A stretch of 64,000 nucleotides of DNA from Acidimicrobiia bacterium (GCA_036502765.1 DASXXX010000053.1:172-64171); one strand, 5' to 3'; counted from the stretch's first letter, positions 1 to 9,613 are shown. The notes: generated from the letters alone by a model not told the origin. A program made the numbers and translations.

Positions 1-750
1 GAGCAGGTCCCCGAAGGTGTAGATCGACATGCTCGAAGACAGGTTCATCGCCACCGGCGGCGGCGCGTCGGGTGTGGTGCTCGCGGCCTTCGACGATGAT
101 CCGACGTGGCAGCACAGCACCGTGCCGGTGTCGCTGCACGCGGCAAAGAGGGGATCCCAGTGCGTGGTGTGGATGCTCGGCATGCCGAGGCCCGCGGGGT
201 TCTCGGAGAAGGTGACCGCATGGCAGCCCTTGTCGGCGAGTCGGTGCACCTCCTTCGCCGCTTCGTCCACGTCGAACAGCGGGAGCACACCGCACGGGAT
301 GAAGCGCTCGGGGTAGGCGCCGCACCACTCGTCGACGTGCCAGTCGTTGTAGGCCTTGATCATCACGAGGTTGACGTCGCGGTCGGGACCCTGGTTCAGG
401 ACCTGGCCCGAGAAGCCGGTCCAGTTCGGGAAGTTGAGACCCGCGAGTTGCCCACCCGCCGACATGTCGCGCACGCGCTCGTGCGCGTCGAAGCAGCCGG
501 GGCGCATGTCCTCGTAGCGGTTGGGGTTGACGTTGAACATCTCCGGCGGCTTGCCCGCCACCGCGTTCAACCCGAGGTTCCGACCGCGGATCTCGCCGTA
601 GTACCACTGCTGCCCGCCGTCGGATTCGTCGACGACGCGAGGCGCCAACTCGCGGTACTTGTCGGGCACGTGCCCTTCGAACATGTCGGCCGGTTCCGCG
701 ATGTGGTCGTCGACCGAGATGAGGATGAGGTCGTCCTTGCTCGTGGCCAT
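1..750 (-). CDS. amidohydrolase-family metal-dependent hydrolase (PF04909-like); C-terminus cut by window edge
   Basis: Absent from the ORF track because there is no stop inside the window. The reverse strand from ATG at 750 reads MATSKDDLILISVDDHIAEPADMFEGHVPDKYRELAPRVV...YNDWHVDEWCGAYPERFIPCGVLP and stays open to base 1 (250 codons). The ISVDDHxxEP start is typical of amidohydrolase_2 enzymes. Confidence 0.7.
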   Translation of the reverse strand, partial: MATSKDDLILISVDDHIAEPADMFEGHVPDKYRELAPRVVDESDGGQQWYYGEIRGRNLGLNAVAGKPPEMFNVNPNRYEDMRPGCFDAHERVRDMSAGGQLAGLNFPNWTGFSGQVLNQGPDRDVNLVMIKAYNDWHVDEWCGAYPERFIPCGVLPLFDVDEAAKEVHRLADKGCHAVTFSENPAGLGMPSIHTTHWDPLFAACSDTGTVLCCHVGSSSKAASTTPDAPPPVAMNLSSSMSIYTFGDLL

Positions 751-776
751 GGGGCTCAGGGTACGCTCCGCGTTCG

Positions 777-1184
777 ATGAGCACACCTACGCAAGTCGTC
801 CAGGAATTCTGCACCGCCTTCGCCGCCAAGGACGTCGCAACCATCGAGTCGCTCCTCGCCGACGACGTCGTGTACCACAACGTCGGGATGGAGCCCGCGA
901 AGGGCAAAGAGGCCTCGTTGGCCTCGATCAAGGGCTTCCTCGACATGTCGGAGTCGCTGGTCTTCGACATCCACCGCATCGCCGCCGACGGCGACACGGT
1001 GCTCACGGAACGCACCGACACCTTCGTGATGAACGGGCTGACCGCGCCGGTTGCGGTCATGGGCACGTTCGAGCTGCGCGACGGGAAGATCGTCGCCTGG
1101 CGCGACTACTTCGACATGGGTCTCACGACCAAGATGATGTCCGGTGAGGACGTCGACGCCGCCGTGCTCCCGGTGATCGCGTGA
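777..1184 (+). CDS. SnoaL/NTF2-fold protein, limonene-1,2-epoxide hydrolase-like
   Basis: 135-aa ORF MSTPTQVVQEFCTAFAAKDVATIESLLADDVVYHNVG...GKIVAWRDYFD, the typical NTF2-like pattern. Its stop overlaps the next start (1181..1184). Confidence 0.7.
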   Translation: MSTPTQVVQEFCTAFAAKDVATIESLLADDVVYHNVGMEPAKGKEASLASIKGFLDMSESLVFDIHRIAADGDTVLTERTDTFVMNGLTAPVAVMGTFELRDGKIVAWRDYFDMGLTTKMMSGEDVDAAVLPVIA

Positions 1185-2026
1185 GCGCCCACTCGTCCGG
1201 CACCATCGGGATCGGCGGCGACCTCACGGTGCACCGCATGGGCTTCGGCGCCATGCGCATCACCGGCCCCGGGATCTGGGGCGACCCGCCCGACCGCGAG
1301 GTGGCCAAGGCCGTGTTGCGACGCGTCGTCGAGCTCGGCGTGAACCTCATCGACACCGCCGACTCGTACGGTCCTGCGGTGAGCGAGGAGCTCATCGCCG
1401 AGGCGCTGCACCCCTACCCGGACGACCTCGTCATCGCGACGAAGGGCGGCCTCGAACGCAGCGGCCCGGGTGAGTGGCCGATCAACGGTCGGCCCGAGCA
1501 CATCAAGCAGGTCTGCGACGAGAGCCTCCGTCGCCTGCGGCTCGACGAGATCCCGCTCTACCAGCAGCACCGGCCCGACCCCACCGTCCCCTACGAGGAG
1601 ACGATCGGCGCGCTGGTCGAGCTGAAGGAGCAGGGCAAGATCCGCCACGTCGGGCTGTCGAACGTCGACGAGGGCCACCTGCGGATCGCGCAGGCCATGG
1701 TGCCGGTCGTGTCGGTGCAGAACCGCTACAACGTGACCGACCGCGGCTCGGAGTCGATGCTCGACCTGTGCGAGCAGGAGGAGATCGCGTTCCTCCCCTA
1801 CTCGCCGGTGCAGGACTTCGAGGACAACGCGGTGGTCGCGGACACCGCGGCGCGCCACGGTGTCACCGTCATGCAGGTCCTGCTCGCGTGGTTGTTGGCG
1901 CGTTCGCCGGTGATGCTCCCGATCCCGGGCACCGGGTCGGTCGCGCACCTCGAGGAGAACACCAACGCGGCGACCATCGAGCTCGATGCGAGCGAGGTCG
2001 CCGCGATCACGGCCTCGGCCGCGTGA
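1181..2026 (+). CDS. aldo/keto reductase
   Basis: 281 aa. Motifs LGFGAMRITG, NLIDTADSYGP, IRHVGLSN and a PIPGT.. tail are characteristic of the AKR family. Confidence 0.9.
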   Translation: MSAHSSGTIGIGGDLTVHRMGFGAMRITGPGIWGDPPDREVAKAVLRRVVELGVNLIDTADSYGPAVSEELIAEALHPYPDDLVIATKGGLERSGPGEWPINGRPEHIKQVCDESLRRLRLDEIPLYQQHRPDPTVPYEETIGALVELKEQGKIRHVGLSNVDEGHLRIAQAMVPVVSVQNRYNVTDRGSESMLDLCEQEEIAFLPYSPVQDFEDNAVVADTAARHGVTVMQVLLAWLLARSPVMLPIPGTGSVAHLEENTNAATIELDASEVAAITASAA

Positions 2027-2120
2027 GCTGATCGGGCGCGTCCGCCCGACTGCATCAACCGGAAGTTTGGTACGGAGCAGGCGCGCCCTCGTGGCTCTCG
2101 GGCGACGCTGCCTCGTGCCG

Positions 2121-2315
2121 TCAGTCGCTGATCTCGATGTAGTCGACGTTGCGCACCGGTACGACGGCGATGCCGCCGTTGACGGTCGGTCCGGTGATGC
2201 TCCCGGTGCCCTGCTTCAAGCTGTCGTTGAGCGTCAGACGCAGCTGCGCTTCGTCGCCCGCGAGATCGAACTCGATCGCGGCTCCACTCAACGTGTACAC
2301 GGTCGCTCGTGCCAT
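2121..2315 (-). CDS. small hypothetical protein
   Basis: 64-aa ORF with balanced composition (MARATVYTLSGAAIEFDLAGDEAQLRLTLNDSLK...), unlike the overlapping Arg-rich frames. No recognisable family. Confidence 0.35.
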   Translation of the reverse strand: MARATVYTLSGAAIEFDLAGDEAQLRLTLNDSLKQGTGSITGPTVNGGIAVVPVRNVDYIEISD

Positions 2316-2361
2316 GCCCTGCCTCCTGCCCCTGAGACCACGAGCGTAGAGACTGCTGCGA

Positions 2362-2925
2362 TCAGCGGGGGCGATCCGACGCCGGTGGAGTCCACGGCTG
2401 GATCGTCCGGCGCGGCGGCCACTCCTCGACCGCGGCCATCAGCGGCAACGCGGTCGCGCCGTCGATGGTCTCTCGGATGATGTCGGCATGGCCCGCGTGG
2501 CGCGCGGTCTCGTGGATCAGGTGGAGCAACACCCAGCGCACCGACCACTCGATGTCCGGCGGCGCCCACCGCGTCCCGTCCGCCACCCGCACGATCTGGT
2601 CGAGGTCGTCGACGGCGTCGACCACCGCGTCGGTGGCGGTGGTCGCGTCCTCATAGGCGGCGACGAGGTCAGCCGACGTCGTGGACCACCCGGCCGCATC
2701 CGCCGCCGCGGGCGGACGGCCGACGATCATCGACGCCCACGTGCGCTCGGTCGAGGTCATGTGTTCGAGCAGGAACGCGATGCTCAGGTCACTCGCGGTC
2801 GGCGCGCTCCAGGCCTGCTCGTGGGTCAGCCCGTAGGCCGTGATCACGAGCACGTGACGTTCGTGCTCGAGGAACGTGAGGAGCGCGTCGCGCTCGTCAC
2901 CGACGGGGCGGACGATGGCCGGCAT
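2362..2925 (-). CDS. DinB-family (DUF664/mycothiol-transferase-like) protein
   Basis: C-terminal part of ORF 2362..2961. MPAIVRPVGDERDALLTFLEHERHVL...VLLHLIHETARHAGHADIIRE is the DinB_2/DUF664 signature. Start placed at the internal Met (codon 13). Confidence 0.8.
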   Translation of the reverse strand: MPAIVRPVGDERDALLTFLEHERHVLVITAYGLTHEQAWSAPTASDLSIAFLLEHMTSTERTWASMIVGRPPAAADAAGWSTTSADLVAAYEDATTATDAVVDAVDDLDQIVRVADGTRWAPPDIEWSVRWVLLHLIHETARHAGHADIIRETIDGATALPLMAAVEEWPPRRTIQPWTPPASDRPR

Positions 2926-3258
2926 GCGCGCAGCTTGCCACCCACGGAGGCGAGCGCACACCTTGGCTACCGTGCGAGTGCCACTCGCGTGTGGACGGTA
3001 TCCAGTCCCCGTCTCGCCGGCAAAACCGTCGCCTCAGCGAGGTCGCTCGCGAGATCGTCGACGGGAGCTCCAACTTCTTCGCGACCGACGTTCACCTGCG
3101 CTACGAGCGCGACAACCCCGCGTCGCACTGACCGACCCGACATCGCCGGGTCGCGCAGCAACCGCACGCCGACTGCCGCCGATCGCGTCGGTTTGGTGCG
3201 ACACCGATCGGGGCAACCCCTCGCGTGCGCTGCTCCTCGACCCTTCGGAAGATGCGCC

Positions 3259-3642
3259 ATGCTCACGCTCGAAACCCAGCTCTCGCCGGGTGTCGATGCG
3301 GGTCGCCAAGCCCGGGCCTTCGTCCACGACATCCTGCACGACGCCGCACTCGACCACGTCAACGACGTGATCGAGCTCCTCAGCACCGAACTGGTGAACA
3401 ACGCCGTGGTGCACGCAGCCGGGTCTCCGACGCTCAGGATCACCCCGGGCTCCAGCCGCATCCGCGTCGAGGTCGACGACCCGAGCATCGACGCACCGGT
3501 GCTCGAGGTGCCCGACGGGCGGTCCGAGTGCGGTCGCGGTCTGCTCCTCGTCGCGTCGATCGCCGACGACTGGGGCTTCGAGGTGCGGAGCCGCGGGAAG
3601 ACGGTCTGGTTCGAGGTCTCGGCGCGCGGAGACGACCGCTGA
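3259..3642 (+). CDS. ATP-binding protein, anti-sigma regulatory factor / RsbW-like HATPase
   Basis: Only the last 127 codons of ORF 2488..3642 look real: MLTLETQLSPGVDAGRQARAFVHDIL...ELVNNAVVHA...GRGLLLVASIADDWGF (HATPase_c_2 pattern). The upstream part is Arg/Pro-rich shadow frame. Confidence 0.6.
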   Translation: MLTLETQLSPGVDAGRQARAFVHDILHDAALDHVNDVIELLSTELVNNAVVHAAGSPTLRITPGSSRIRVEVDDPSIDAPVLEVPDGRSECGRGLLLVASIADDWGFEVRSRGKTVWFEVSARGDDR

Positions 3643-3646
3643 GGGG

Positions 3647-4432
3647 TCAGTAAGGCGCGGCGACCTCGTCGACGAGCAGGCTGGCGGTGCAGGTGCCGAC
3701 GAACCCGCCACGGTCGAACAGGTCGGCACGCGCGTGACCGATGCCGTCGAGTGCGTACCACGCACGCGTCGCGACACCCGTCCACTCACCCTCCGGCGCA
3801 CGGGCGAGCGTGATGGTGAGATCGGCGTTGATCGCGGACCAGCGACGCAGATCGAGGTAGTTCCCCGAGTTCGCAGTGAAGTCGGACGCCCACGCGAGAC
3901 GCACCGTCGGTGACGGCTCCTCCCCCGCGATCACCCGTTTGGTCGCGCGGTACCAGCTCGTCGCCGCGTCCGACGATCCGCCGCCCCGCATCTCGACGGC
4001 GTCGATGAAGCCGTTCAGGTTGTCCGAGCGTCGTTCGTGCACGCGTTCGGGCCCCCACGGTGGCGTCGCGATGGGCGGGAGGCGCGGATCCGTCGGCGCG
4101 TCGGGTCCGGCGCCGAGCCGGAACCGCAACGCCGTCGCGCGCGCCACTTCGACGCCGTCCGGGTCGTGCAGGGTCGCGACCACGACCTGCAGGCGCTTGC
4201 CCTCGCGTGCGATCTCGCTGCGCATCTCGAGCCGACCGAGCGGCACGCGCCGGTGCATGTCGATCGTGATCCGCGCGATCCGCATCGGCATCAGCGTCGG
4301 CACGCGCTCCACCGCCCAGGTGAGCAGCGCGGCGGGAGTGCCGCCGTACTGGCTGTTCGGATCCCACGGCCCCTGGGTGAGCATGGTCGCGACGACGAAG
4401 CCCTCGCCGTCGGGGATGAACATCGCTTCCAC
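3647..4432 (-). CDS. thioesterase-superfamily protein (acyl-CoA thioesterase-like double hotdog)
   Basis: 261 aa. The N-terminal GPWDPNSQYGGTPAALL and C-terminal SINADLTITLAR...W segments are typical of PF13622/PF20789 thioesterase-like proteins. Confidence 0.7.
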   Translation of the reverse strand: MEAMFIPDGEGFVVATMLTQGPWDPNSQYGGTPAALLTWAVERVPTLMPMRIARITIDMHRRVPLGRLEMRSEIAREGKRLQVVVATLHDPDGVEVARATALRFRLGAGPDAPTDPRLPPIATPPWGPERVHERRSDNLNGFIDAVEMRGGGSSDAATSWYRATKRVIAGEEPSPTVRLAWASDFTANSGNYLDLRRWSAINADLTITLARAPEGEWTGVATRAWYALDGIGHARADLFDRGGFVGTCTASLLVDEVAAPY

Positions 4433-4444
4433 GAGCGCTACGGG

Positions 4445-4678
4445 CTATTCGTCAACCGGTTGGTGGGGATCGTCGAGGGTGAGACCGAGCTCGTCGAGCT
4501 CGGTCTGGTCGAGCTCGAGCATCTCGGCGGGGGTCTCGTCGCCGTCGCCGTCGTCGTCGTCGGCCGCGGCCGCGTCGATGCCCTCGAGCACCTCATCGCG
4601 CGCCGCGATGTCGTCTTCGATCGCCAGCTCCTGCGCTTCCTCCGGACCCGGTTCGTCGCCCCGATGCCGTTCATTCAT
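4445..4678 (-). CDS. small acidic hypothetical protein
   Basis: Internal ATG of ORF 4445..4849, preceded by GAGGAGACCACT. 77 aa and extremely acidic (DDDDGDGDETPAEMLELDQTELDELGL). Confidence 0.5.
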   Translation of the reverse strand: MNERHRGDEPGPEEAQELAIEDDIAARDEVLEGIDAAAADDDDGDGDETPAEMLELDQTELDELGLTLDDPHQPVDE

Positions 4679-4864
4679 AGTGGTCTCCTCGTTGTGCAGC
4701 ACCGTTCGGGGCTCCGAACGCGATCCGTCGCCCCAGTATCGCCGACGAGTGCCGGTAGGGTGTCGCCCCACCCCAATGCTGATTGGGGACGCCTCGCTGA
4801 CCGTCGACCGCTTCCGGTCGGGATGATCCCGTCGCCTCCTCTGAGCCATGACTCCGGAGCTTCG

Positions 4865-5965
4865 ATGTCTTCATCCACCAACGGTCAGGCGCGACCGAAA
4901 GCCACCGTGTTCTGCGAAGGCAACTTCGCCGAGATCGACGGCAAGACCGCGAACGGACTCATCCGCCAGTCCGAGCGGTACGAGATCACGTCGGTCATCG
5001 ACAGCACCAAGGCCGGGCGCGATGCCGGCGAGGTGCTCGACGGCGTCGGCAACGGGATCCCGGTCGTCGCCGACCTCACGGCCGCGCTGGCCATGCACCC
5101 CGCGTACTTCGTGGTGGGTGTCGCACCCACGAGCGGACTGTTGTCGCCCCCCGAGCGTGCGGTGATCCTCGAGGCGATCGCGCAAGGCCTGCACATCGTG
5201 AACGGTCTCCACGAGTTCCTCAACGACGACATCGAGTTCGCCGCCGCCGCGGCCGCGCACGACGTGCGCATCGACGACGTCCGCCGCCCGCGCGCGAAGA
5301 CCGACCTGCACATGTTCTCGGGCCGCATCCACGAGGTGACGTGCCCGCGCATCGCGATCCTCGGCACCGACGGCGCGATCGGCAAGCGCACGACCGCGAC
5401 GATCCTGACCAGCGTGCTCAACGACGCCGGCGTCCGTGCGGTGATGGTCGGCACCGGTCAGACCTCGCTGATCCAGGGTTCGCGCCACGGTGTCGCGCTC
5501 GACGCCGTGCCTGCACAGTTCGTCACCGGCGAGCTCGAGGCGGCAGTCGTCGAGGCGTACGAAGACGAGAACCCCGACGTGATCATCGTCGAGGGACAGG
5601 GCGCGCTCAGCCACCCGACCTACCTGAGCTCGACCGCGATCCTGCGCGGCAGCCTTCCGGCCGCGGTGATCCTGCAGCACGCACCCGCACGCTTGACGAT
5701 CAGCGACTTCCCGAACGTGCCGATGCCCTCCGTCGTCAGCGAGATCAACCTGATCGAGACCTTCGCCCGCACGAAGGTGATCGGGATCACCATCAACCAC
5801 GAGGACATGACCGACGCCGAGATCTCGGTCGCGATCGCCGGGTACGAAGCGATCCTCGACATCCCGGCCACCGACGCCCTCGCGCGGCCGACCGACGCGC
5901 TGTTGGACATGGTCTTCCGGGCGTTCCCGACTCTCCGCTCGGAGCCCGCAATCGCGATTCGGTGA
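4865..5965 (+). CDS. DUF1611 domain protein (DgcN-like putative N-acetyltransferase family)
   Basis: Real part of ORF 4037..5965 starts at MSSSTNGQARPKATVFCEGNF...GKTANGL. ILGTDGAIGKRTT (P-loop-like) and IIVEGQGALSHP are typical of DUF1611 proteins. Confidence 0.75.
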   Translation: MSSSTNGQARPKATVFCEGNFAEIDGKTANGLIRQSERYEITSVIDSTKAGRDAGEVLDGVGNGIPVVADLTAALAMHPAYFVVGVAPTSGLLSPPERAVILEAIAQGLHIVNGLHEFLNDDIEFAAAAAAHDVRIDDVRRPRAKTDLHMFSGRIHEVTCPRIAILGTDGAIGKRTTATILTSVLNDAGVRAVMVGTGQTSLIQGSRHGVALDAVPAQFVTGELEAAVVEAYEDENPDVIIVEGQGALSHPTYLSSTAILRGSLPAAVILQHAPARLTISDFPNVPMPSVVSEINLIETFARTKVIGITINHEDMTDAEISVAIAGYEAILDIPATDALARPTDALLDMVFRAFPTLRSEPAIAIR

Positions 5966-7086
5966 GCTCGCCCCGGATCGACGTCGATCTCGATCGCATC
6001 GGGCAGAACGCGCAGGAGCTCGTCCGGCGCGCGGCCGCGCGCGGCGTCACCGTGACCGCGATCACCAAGGCCATGCGCGGCCTCCCGGCGCTCGGTCGGG
6101 TCGTGCTCGAAGCCGGGGCCGTCGCCCTGGGCGATTCGCGCGTCGAGCACATCGAGCGTCTCCGTGCCGACGGGATCGACGCGCCCATCGTGCTCATCCG
6201 CTCCGCGTTGGTGAGCGAGGTCGACCGAGTCGTGGTGGCCGCGGACACGAGCTGCGCGACCGAAGTCGAGATCGTGGAGTTGCTCTCCGCCGCGGCCGTT
6301 CGCGCCGACCGGGTGCACGGCATCATCCTCATGGTCGAGCTGGGCGACCTGCGCGAGGGGATCATGCCCGCCGACCTCGCCGACGCGATCGAGTGTTGTC
6401 TCGCGTTCCCGAACATCGAGATCCGTGGCATCGGCACGAACCTCGCCTGTCGCAACGGCGTAGTGCCCGACGACCGCAACATGGGTGAGCTCTCCGATCT
6501 GGCGACCGCGGTCGAAGCGCAGTTCGGCTTCGCGCTCGGTGTGGTCTCGGGCGGGAACTCCTCCACCCTCGACTGGTTGGGTACGACCGAGCAGCTCGGC
6601 CGGATCGACAACCTTCGACTCGGCGAAGCGATCCTGCTCGGCCGCGACCCGCTGCACAGCACACCCATCGCAGGACTCCACCACGACGCGGCGACGATCT
6701 TCGCCGAAGTGATCGAGTCGAAGCACAAGCCCCGACGCGCGTGGGGTGCACGCGCGCAGAGCACGTTCGCGCCGCCAGTCGATGCACCATCCACCGAAGC
6801 GACGCCCACCGAAGCGACGCCCGCCGAAGCGACCACGACTGACGAAGACCACGGCTGGCACTCGCTGCTCGCGATCGGTCATCAGGACACCGACCCGCTC
6901 GACCTCAGCCCGCCGCCCGGGCTGCGGATCATCGGCGCGAGCAGCGACCACCTCGTGATCGCGTCGCAGCAGCGGCTCTCGCTCGGATCCGAGGTCGCGT
7001 TCCGCCCGGGCTACTCCGCCCTCGTGCGCGCGATGAGCTCGCGGACGATGCAGTCCGTCATCCGGGGTGGCCCCGACTCCCACTGA
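5962..7086 (+). CDS. alanine/ornithine racemase-family PLP-dependent enzyme
   Basis: GTG start overlaps the upstream stop (GTGA). VTAITKAMRG (PLP-Lys context), ELGDLREG and GTNLAC match the alanine racemase N-terminal-domain family often paired with DUF1611. Contains an inserted TEATP repeat linker. Confidence 0.75.
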   Translation: MSSPRIDVDLDRIGQNAQELVRRAAARGVTVTAITKAMRGLPALGRVVLEAGAVALGDSRVEHIERLRADGIDAPIVLIRSALVSEVDRVVVAADTSCATEVEIVELLSAAAVRADRVHGIILMVELGDLREGIMPADLADAIECCLAFPNIEIRGIGTNLACRNGVVPDDRNMGELSDLATAVEAQFGFALGVVSGGNSSTLDWLGTTEQLGRIDNLRLGEAILLGRDPLHSTPIAGLHHDAATIFAEVIESKHKPRRAWGARAQSTFAPPVDAPSTEATPTEATPAEATTTDEDHGWHSLLAIGHQDTDPLDLSPPPGLRIIGASSDHLVIASQQRLSLGSEVAFRPGYSALVRAMSSRTMQSVIRGGPDSH

Positions 7087-7123
7087 CCGGCGCGGTCGCG
7101 TGCGGCGCGCATCACTCGGCTGG

Positions 7124-8665
7124 CTACACCCGCAGGAACAGGCCGTACGCCGGATTGGCGCTCTCGTCGACGAAGGGGAAACCGAGCGACGCGAGGAACT
7201 CGTCGAAGAGCAGGTCATCACTCGCGGGGACCTGCAGGCCCACGAGCACCCGCCCGTAGTCGCCCCCCTGGTTGCGGTAGTGGAACAGGCTGATGTTCCA
7301 CGTCGGGGCCATGAGGTCGAGGAACCGGAGCAGCGCACCCGGCCGCTCCGGGAAGTCGAAGCGCAAGAGCCGTTCGCCCTCGGCGAACGGGTCGCGTCCG
7401 CCCACCAGGTGCCGCAGGTGCTCCTTGGCCAGCTCGTCGTCGGTGAGGTCGAGCGCCTCGAACCCGGCGGCACGGAACGCGGCCGCGATGCTCCCCGACT
7501 CGGCGCGCCCGGACACCGTGAGGCCGACGAAGACGTGCGCGTCGGTGTCACTGCTGATGCGGTAGTTGAACTCGGTGACGTCGTGGGGTCCGCCCGGGAG
7601 GTTCCCGACCAGCTCGGCGAAGCGCCGGAAGCTCCCGCGCTGCTCGGGGATGGTGACCGCGAACAACGCCTCGCGATGTTCCCCCACCTCGGCGCGGTCG
7701 GCGACGAACCGCAGCCGGTCGAAGTTCAGGTTCGCACCGCTCGTGATCGCGACGTACGTCTGGCCCGTGGTGCCGAACCGTTCGACATGGGACTTCAGCC
7801 CGGCCACCCCGAGCGCGCCGGCAGGTTCCACGATGCTGCGCGTGTCGAGGAAGACGTCCTTGATGGCCGCACACACTGCGTCGGTGTCGACGCGGATCAG
7901 CTCGTCGACGAGGCTCGTCACGAGACGGAACGTCTCCTCACCGACCAGCCTGACTGCGGTGCCGTCGGAGAACAGACCCACGCGCTCGAGCTCGACCCGG
8001 TGCCCGGCTTCGACGGAACGGGCCATCGCATCGGAGTCGGACATCTGCACACCGATGACCTTGATGTCGGGGCGCACCGCCTTGACGTACGCGGCGACGC
8101 CGGCGATGAGACCGCCCCCGCCGACGGGCACGAAGATCGCGTCGAGCGGACCCTCGTGCTGCCGCAGCATCTCCAGTGCGATCGTGCCCTGACCCGCGAT
8201 CACGTCGGGATCGTCGAAGGGATGGACGAACGTGAGGCCGCGGCTCGCCTGCAGCGTGCGCGCGTGCTCGTCGGCATCGGAGTAGCTCTCGCCGAACAGA
8301 TGGACCTCGGCGCCGAGCGCACGCACGGCGTCCACCTTCACCGCGGGCGTGGTGACGGGCATGACCACGACGGCACGGGTCCCGAGATGGAGCGCGGAGA
8401 GCGCAACACCCTGCGCGTGGTTGCCGGCGGACGCACAGACCACACCGTTCGCCAGCGCGTCCGGCGTGAGGTTCGCCATCTTGTTGAACGCACCCCGCAG
8501 CTTGAAGCTGAACGACGGCTGCTGATCCTCCCGTTTCAGCAACACCGTGTTGCCGAGCCGTTCGCTGAGCCGAGTGGCGAGCTCGAGCGGGGACTCGATG
8601 GCCAGATCACCGGTGCGCGCGGTGAGGATCCGCTCGAGGTAGTCGGTCGCAGCGTTCTGCGTCAT
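7124..8665 (-). CDS. ilvA: threonine ammonia-lyase, biosynthetic (threonine dehydratase)
   Basis: 513 aa with the PLP-lysine motif SFSFKLRGAFNKM, the glycine loop VPVGGGGLIAG and two C-terminal regulatory (ACT-like) repeats. Confidence 0.92.
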   Translation of the reverse strand: MTQNAATDYLERILTARTGDLAIESPLELATRLSERLGNTVLLKREDQQPSFSFKLRGAFNKMANLTPDALANGVVCASAGNHAQGVALSALHLGTRAVVVMPVTTPAVKVDAVRALGAEVHLFGESYSDADEHARTLQASRGLTFVHPFDDPDVIAGQGTIALEMLRQHEGPLDAIFVPVGGGGLIAGVAAYVKAVRPDIKVIGVQMSDSDAMARSVEAGHRVELERVGLFSDGTAVRLVGEETFRLVTSLVDELIRVDTDAVCAAIKDVFLDTRSIVEPAGALGVAGLKSHVERFGTTGQTYVAITSGANLNFDRLRFVADRAEVGEHREALFAVTIPEQRGSFRRFAELVGNLPGGPHDVTEFNYRISSDTDAHVFVGLTVSGRAESGSIAAAFRAAGFEALDLTDDELAKEHLRHLVGGRDPFAEGERLLRFDFPERPGALLRFLDLMAPTWNISLFHYRNQGGDYGRVLVGLQVPASDDLLFDEFLASLGFPFVDESANPAYGLFLRV

Positions 8666-8740
8666 CGTCGTCGGAACCTAGTGCGGGCCGACTGCGCGCC
8701 GAGCTCCAGCCCCGCGGTGTCGGTCGGTAGCGTCGCGGAA

Positions 8741-9613
8741 TCAGCGCGAGGCCGAATCGGGCTCGTGCAGGAAATCCTCGACGTCCGCTGCGAACAGTTC
8801 GTGGTGCTGGAACAAGAAGCCATGCGCCGAGTCGGGATAGATCTTCACGCGGGCGCCAGGGATCAGTCCGGCCAGGAGATGCGAGTAGCGGGGAAGGATC
8901 ATCGGATCGCTGTCGCCCGCCGCGATGAACACGGGCGCGTCGATCGTGCCGACTCGTTGCAGCAGGCTGTGATTCGGCACACCCCACGAACACACCGCGT
9001 CGTACTGCGCGAGACGCGTCTGCCAGGTCGTGGGGGCATCGGCGTGCTCCTTGGGCCCGAACACGCGTCCGAGGGTCGCGATGCCTGCCCCACGACTTGC
9101 TTCCGACTCGGTGAAGAAGACGTGGAGGTATCCGTCCGGGCTGGGTTCGGGTCGCCCAACTGCGTCGATGACATCGTCGGCCCATCCGTGCATCCCGCGC
9201 GCGCCTTCGGGCGCGGCTGATGCCAGCACGACTCGGTGCACGAGTCGCGGCCGCGCGAGGACGATCTCCTGCGCGACGAAGCTGCCGATGGAGAACCCGA
9301 GGAGGTCGACGCGCTCGAGGCGGAGTGCATCGACGAAGTCCAGCGCGCCGCGAGCCATCTCGGCGATCGTGCTCGGCGTCACGCCGCTCGTTGCACCAAC
9401 CCCGACGTTGTCGAAGATGACGACGCGGCGGTTCGCGCTCAGCGCGTCGATGAGCGGGGGATCCCAGTTGTCGAGGTTCCCGCGGAAGTGCTGCAACAGG
9501 AGGAGGGGCGTACCCGGCCCCTCCGTGTCGCGGTACGCGTAGTCGACGCCCGAGCTGGCAGTGACCGATCGGTTCATGAGGTCGGCAGAGCTCGTCACGT
9601 CAGCCCTCGTCAA
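8741..9613 (-). CDS. alpha/beta hydrolase
   Basis: 290 aa. Nucleophile elbow GFSIGSF and HG-type N-terminus PLLLLQHFRGN. Overlaps the upstream gene end by 14 nt. Confidence 0.85.
   Translation of the reverse strand: MTRADVTSSADLMNRSVTASSGVDYAYRDTEGPGTPLLLLQHFRGNLDNWDPPLIDALSANRRVVIFDNVGVGATSGVTPSTIAEMARGALDFVDALRLERVDLLGFSIGSFVAQEIVLARPRLVHRVVLASAAPEGARGMHGWADDVIDAVGRPEPSPDGYLHVFFTESEASRGAGIATLGRVFGPKEHADAPTTWQTRLAQYDAVCSWGVPNHSLLQRVGTIDAPVFIAAGDSDPMILPRYSHLLAGLIPGARVKIYPDSAHGFLFQHHELFAADVEDFLHEPDSASR

Noticed and set aside
4037-4864. Long N-terminal extensions of track ORFs (this one, and likewise 2488..3258, 49025..49126, 58360..59052, 59271..59828, 61008..61355, 61781..62698, 57797..58339)
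   Set aside because: The extensions overlap convincing genes on the other strand or lie in intergenic DNA, have Arg/Pro-rich composition, and precede internal starts supported by RBS-like boxes, conserved N-termini or stop/start overlaps.
5620-7551. 643-aa minus-strand ORF
   Set aside because: It is antisense to the DUF1611 and racemase-like genes. Its Arg/Ser/Pro-rich low-complexity translation marks it as a shadow frame.
7067-9220. 717-aa plus-strand ORF spanning the ilvA and hydrolase region
   Set aside because: It is antisense to two well-supported genes (IlvA, alpha/beta hydrolase). The translation is Arg/Gly/Asp/Val-rich with no motifs, a typical GC-rich shadow frame.
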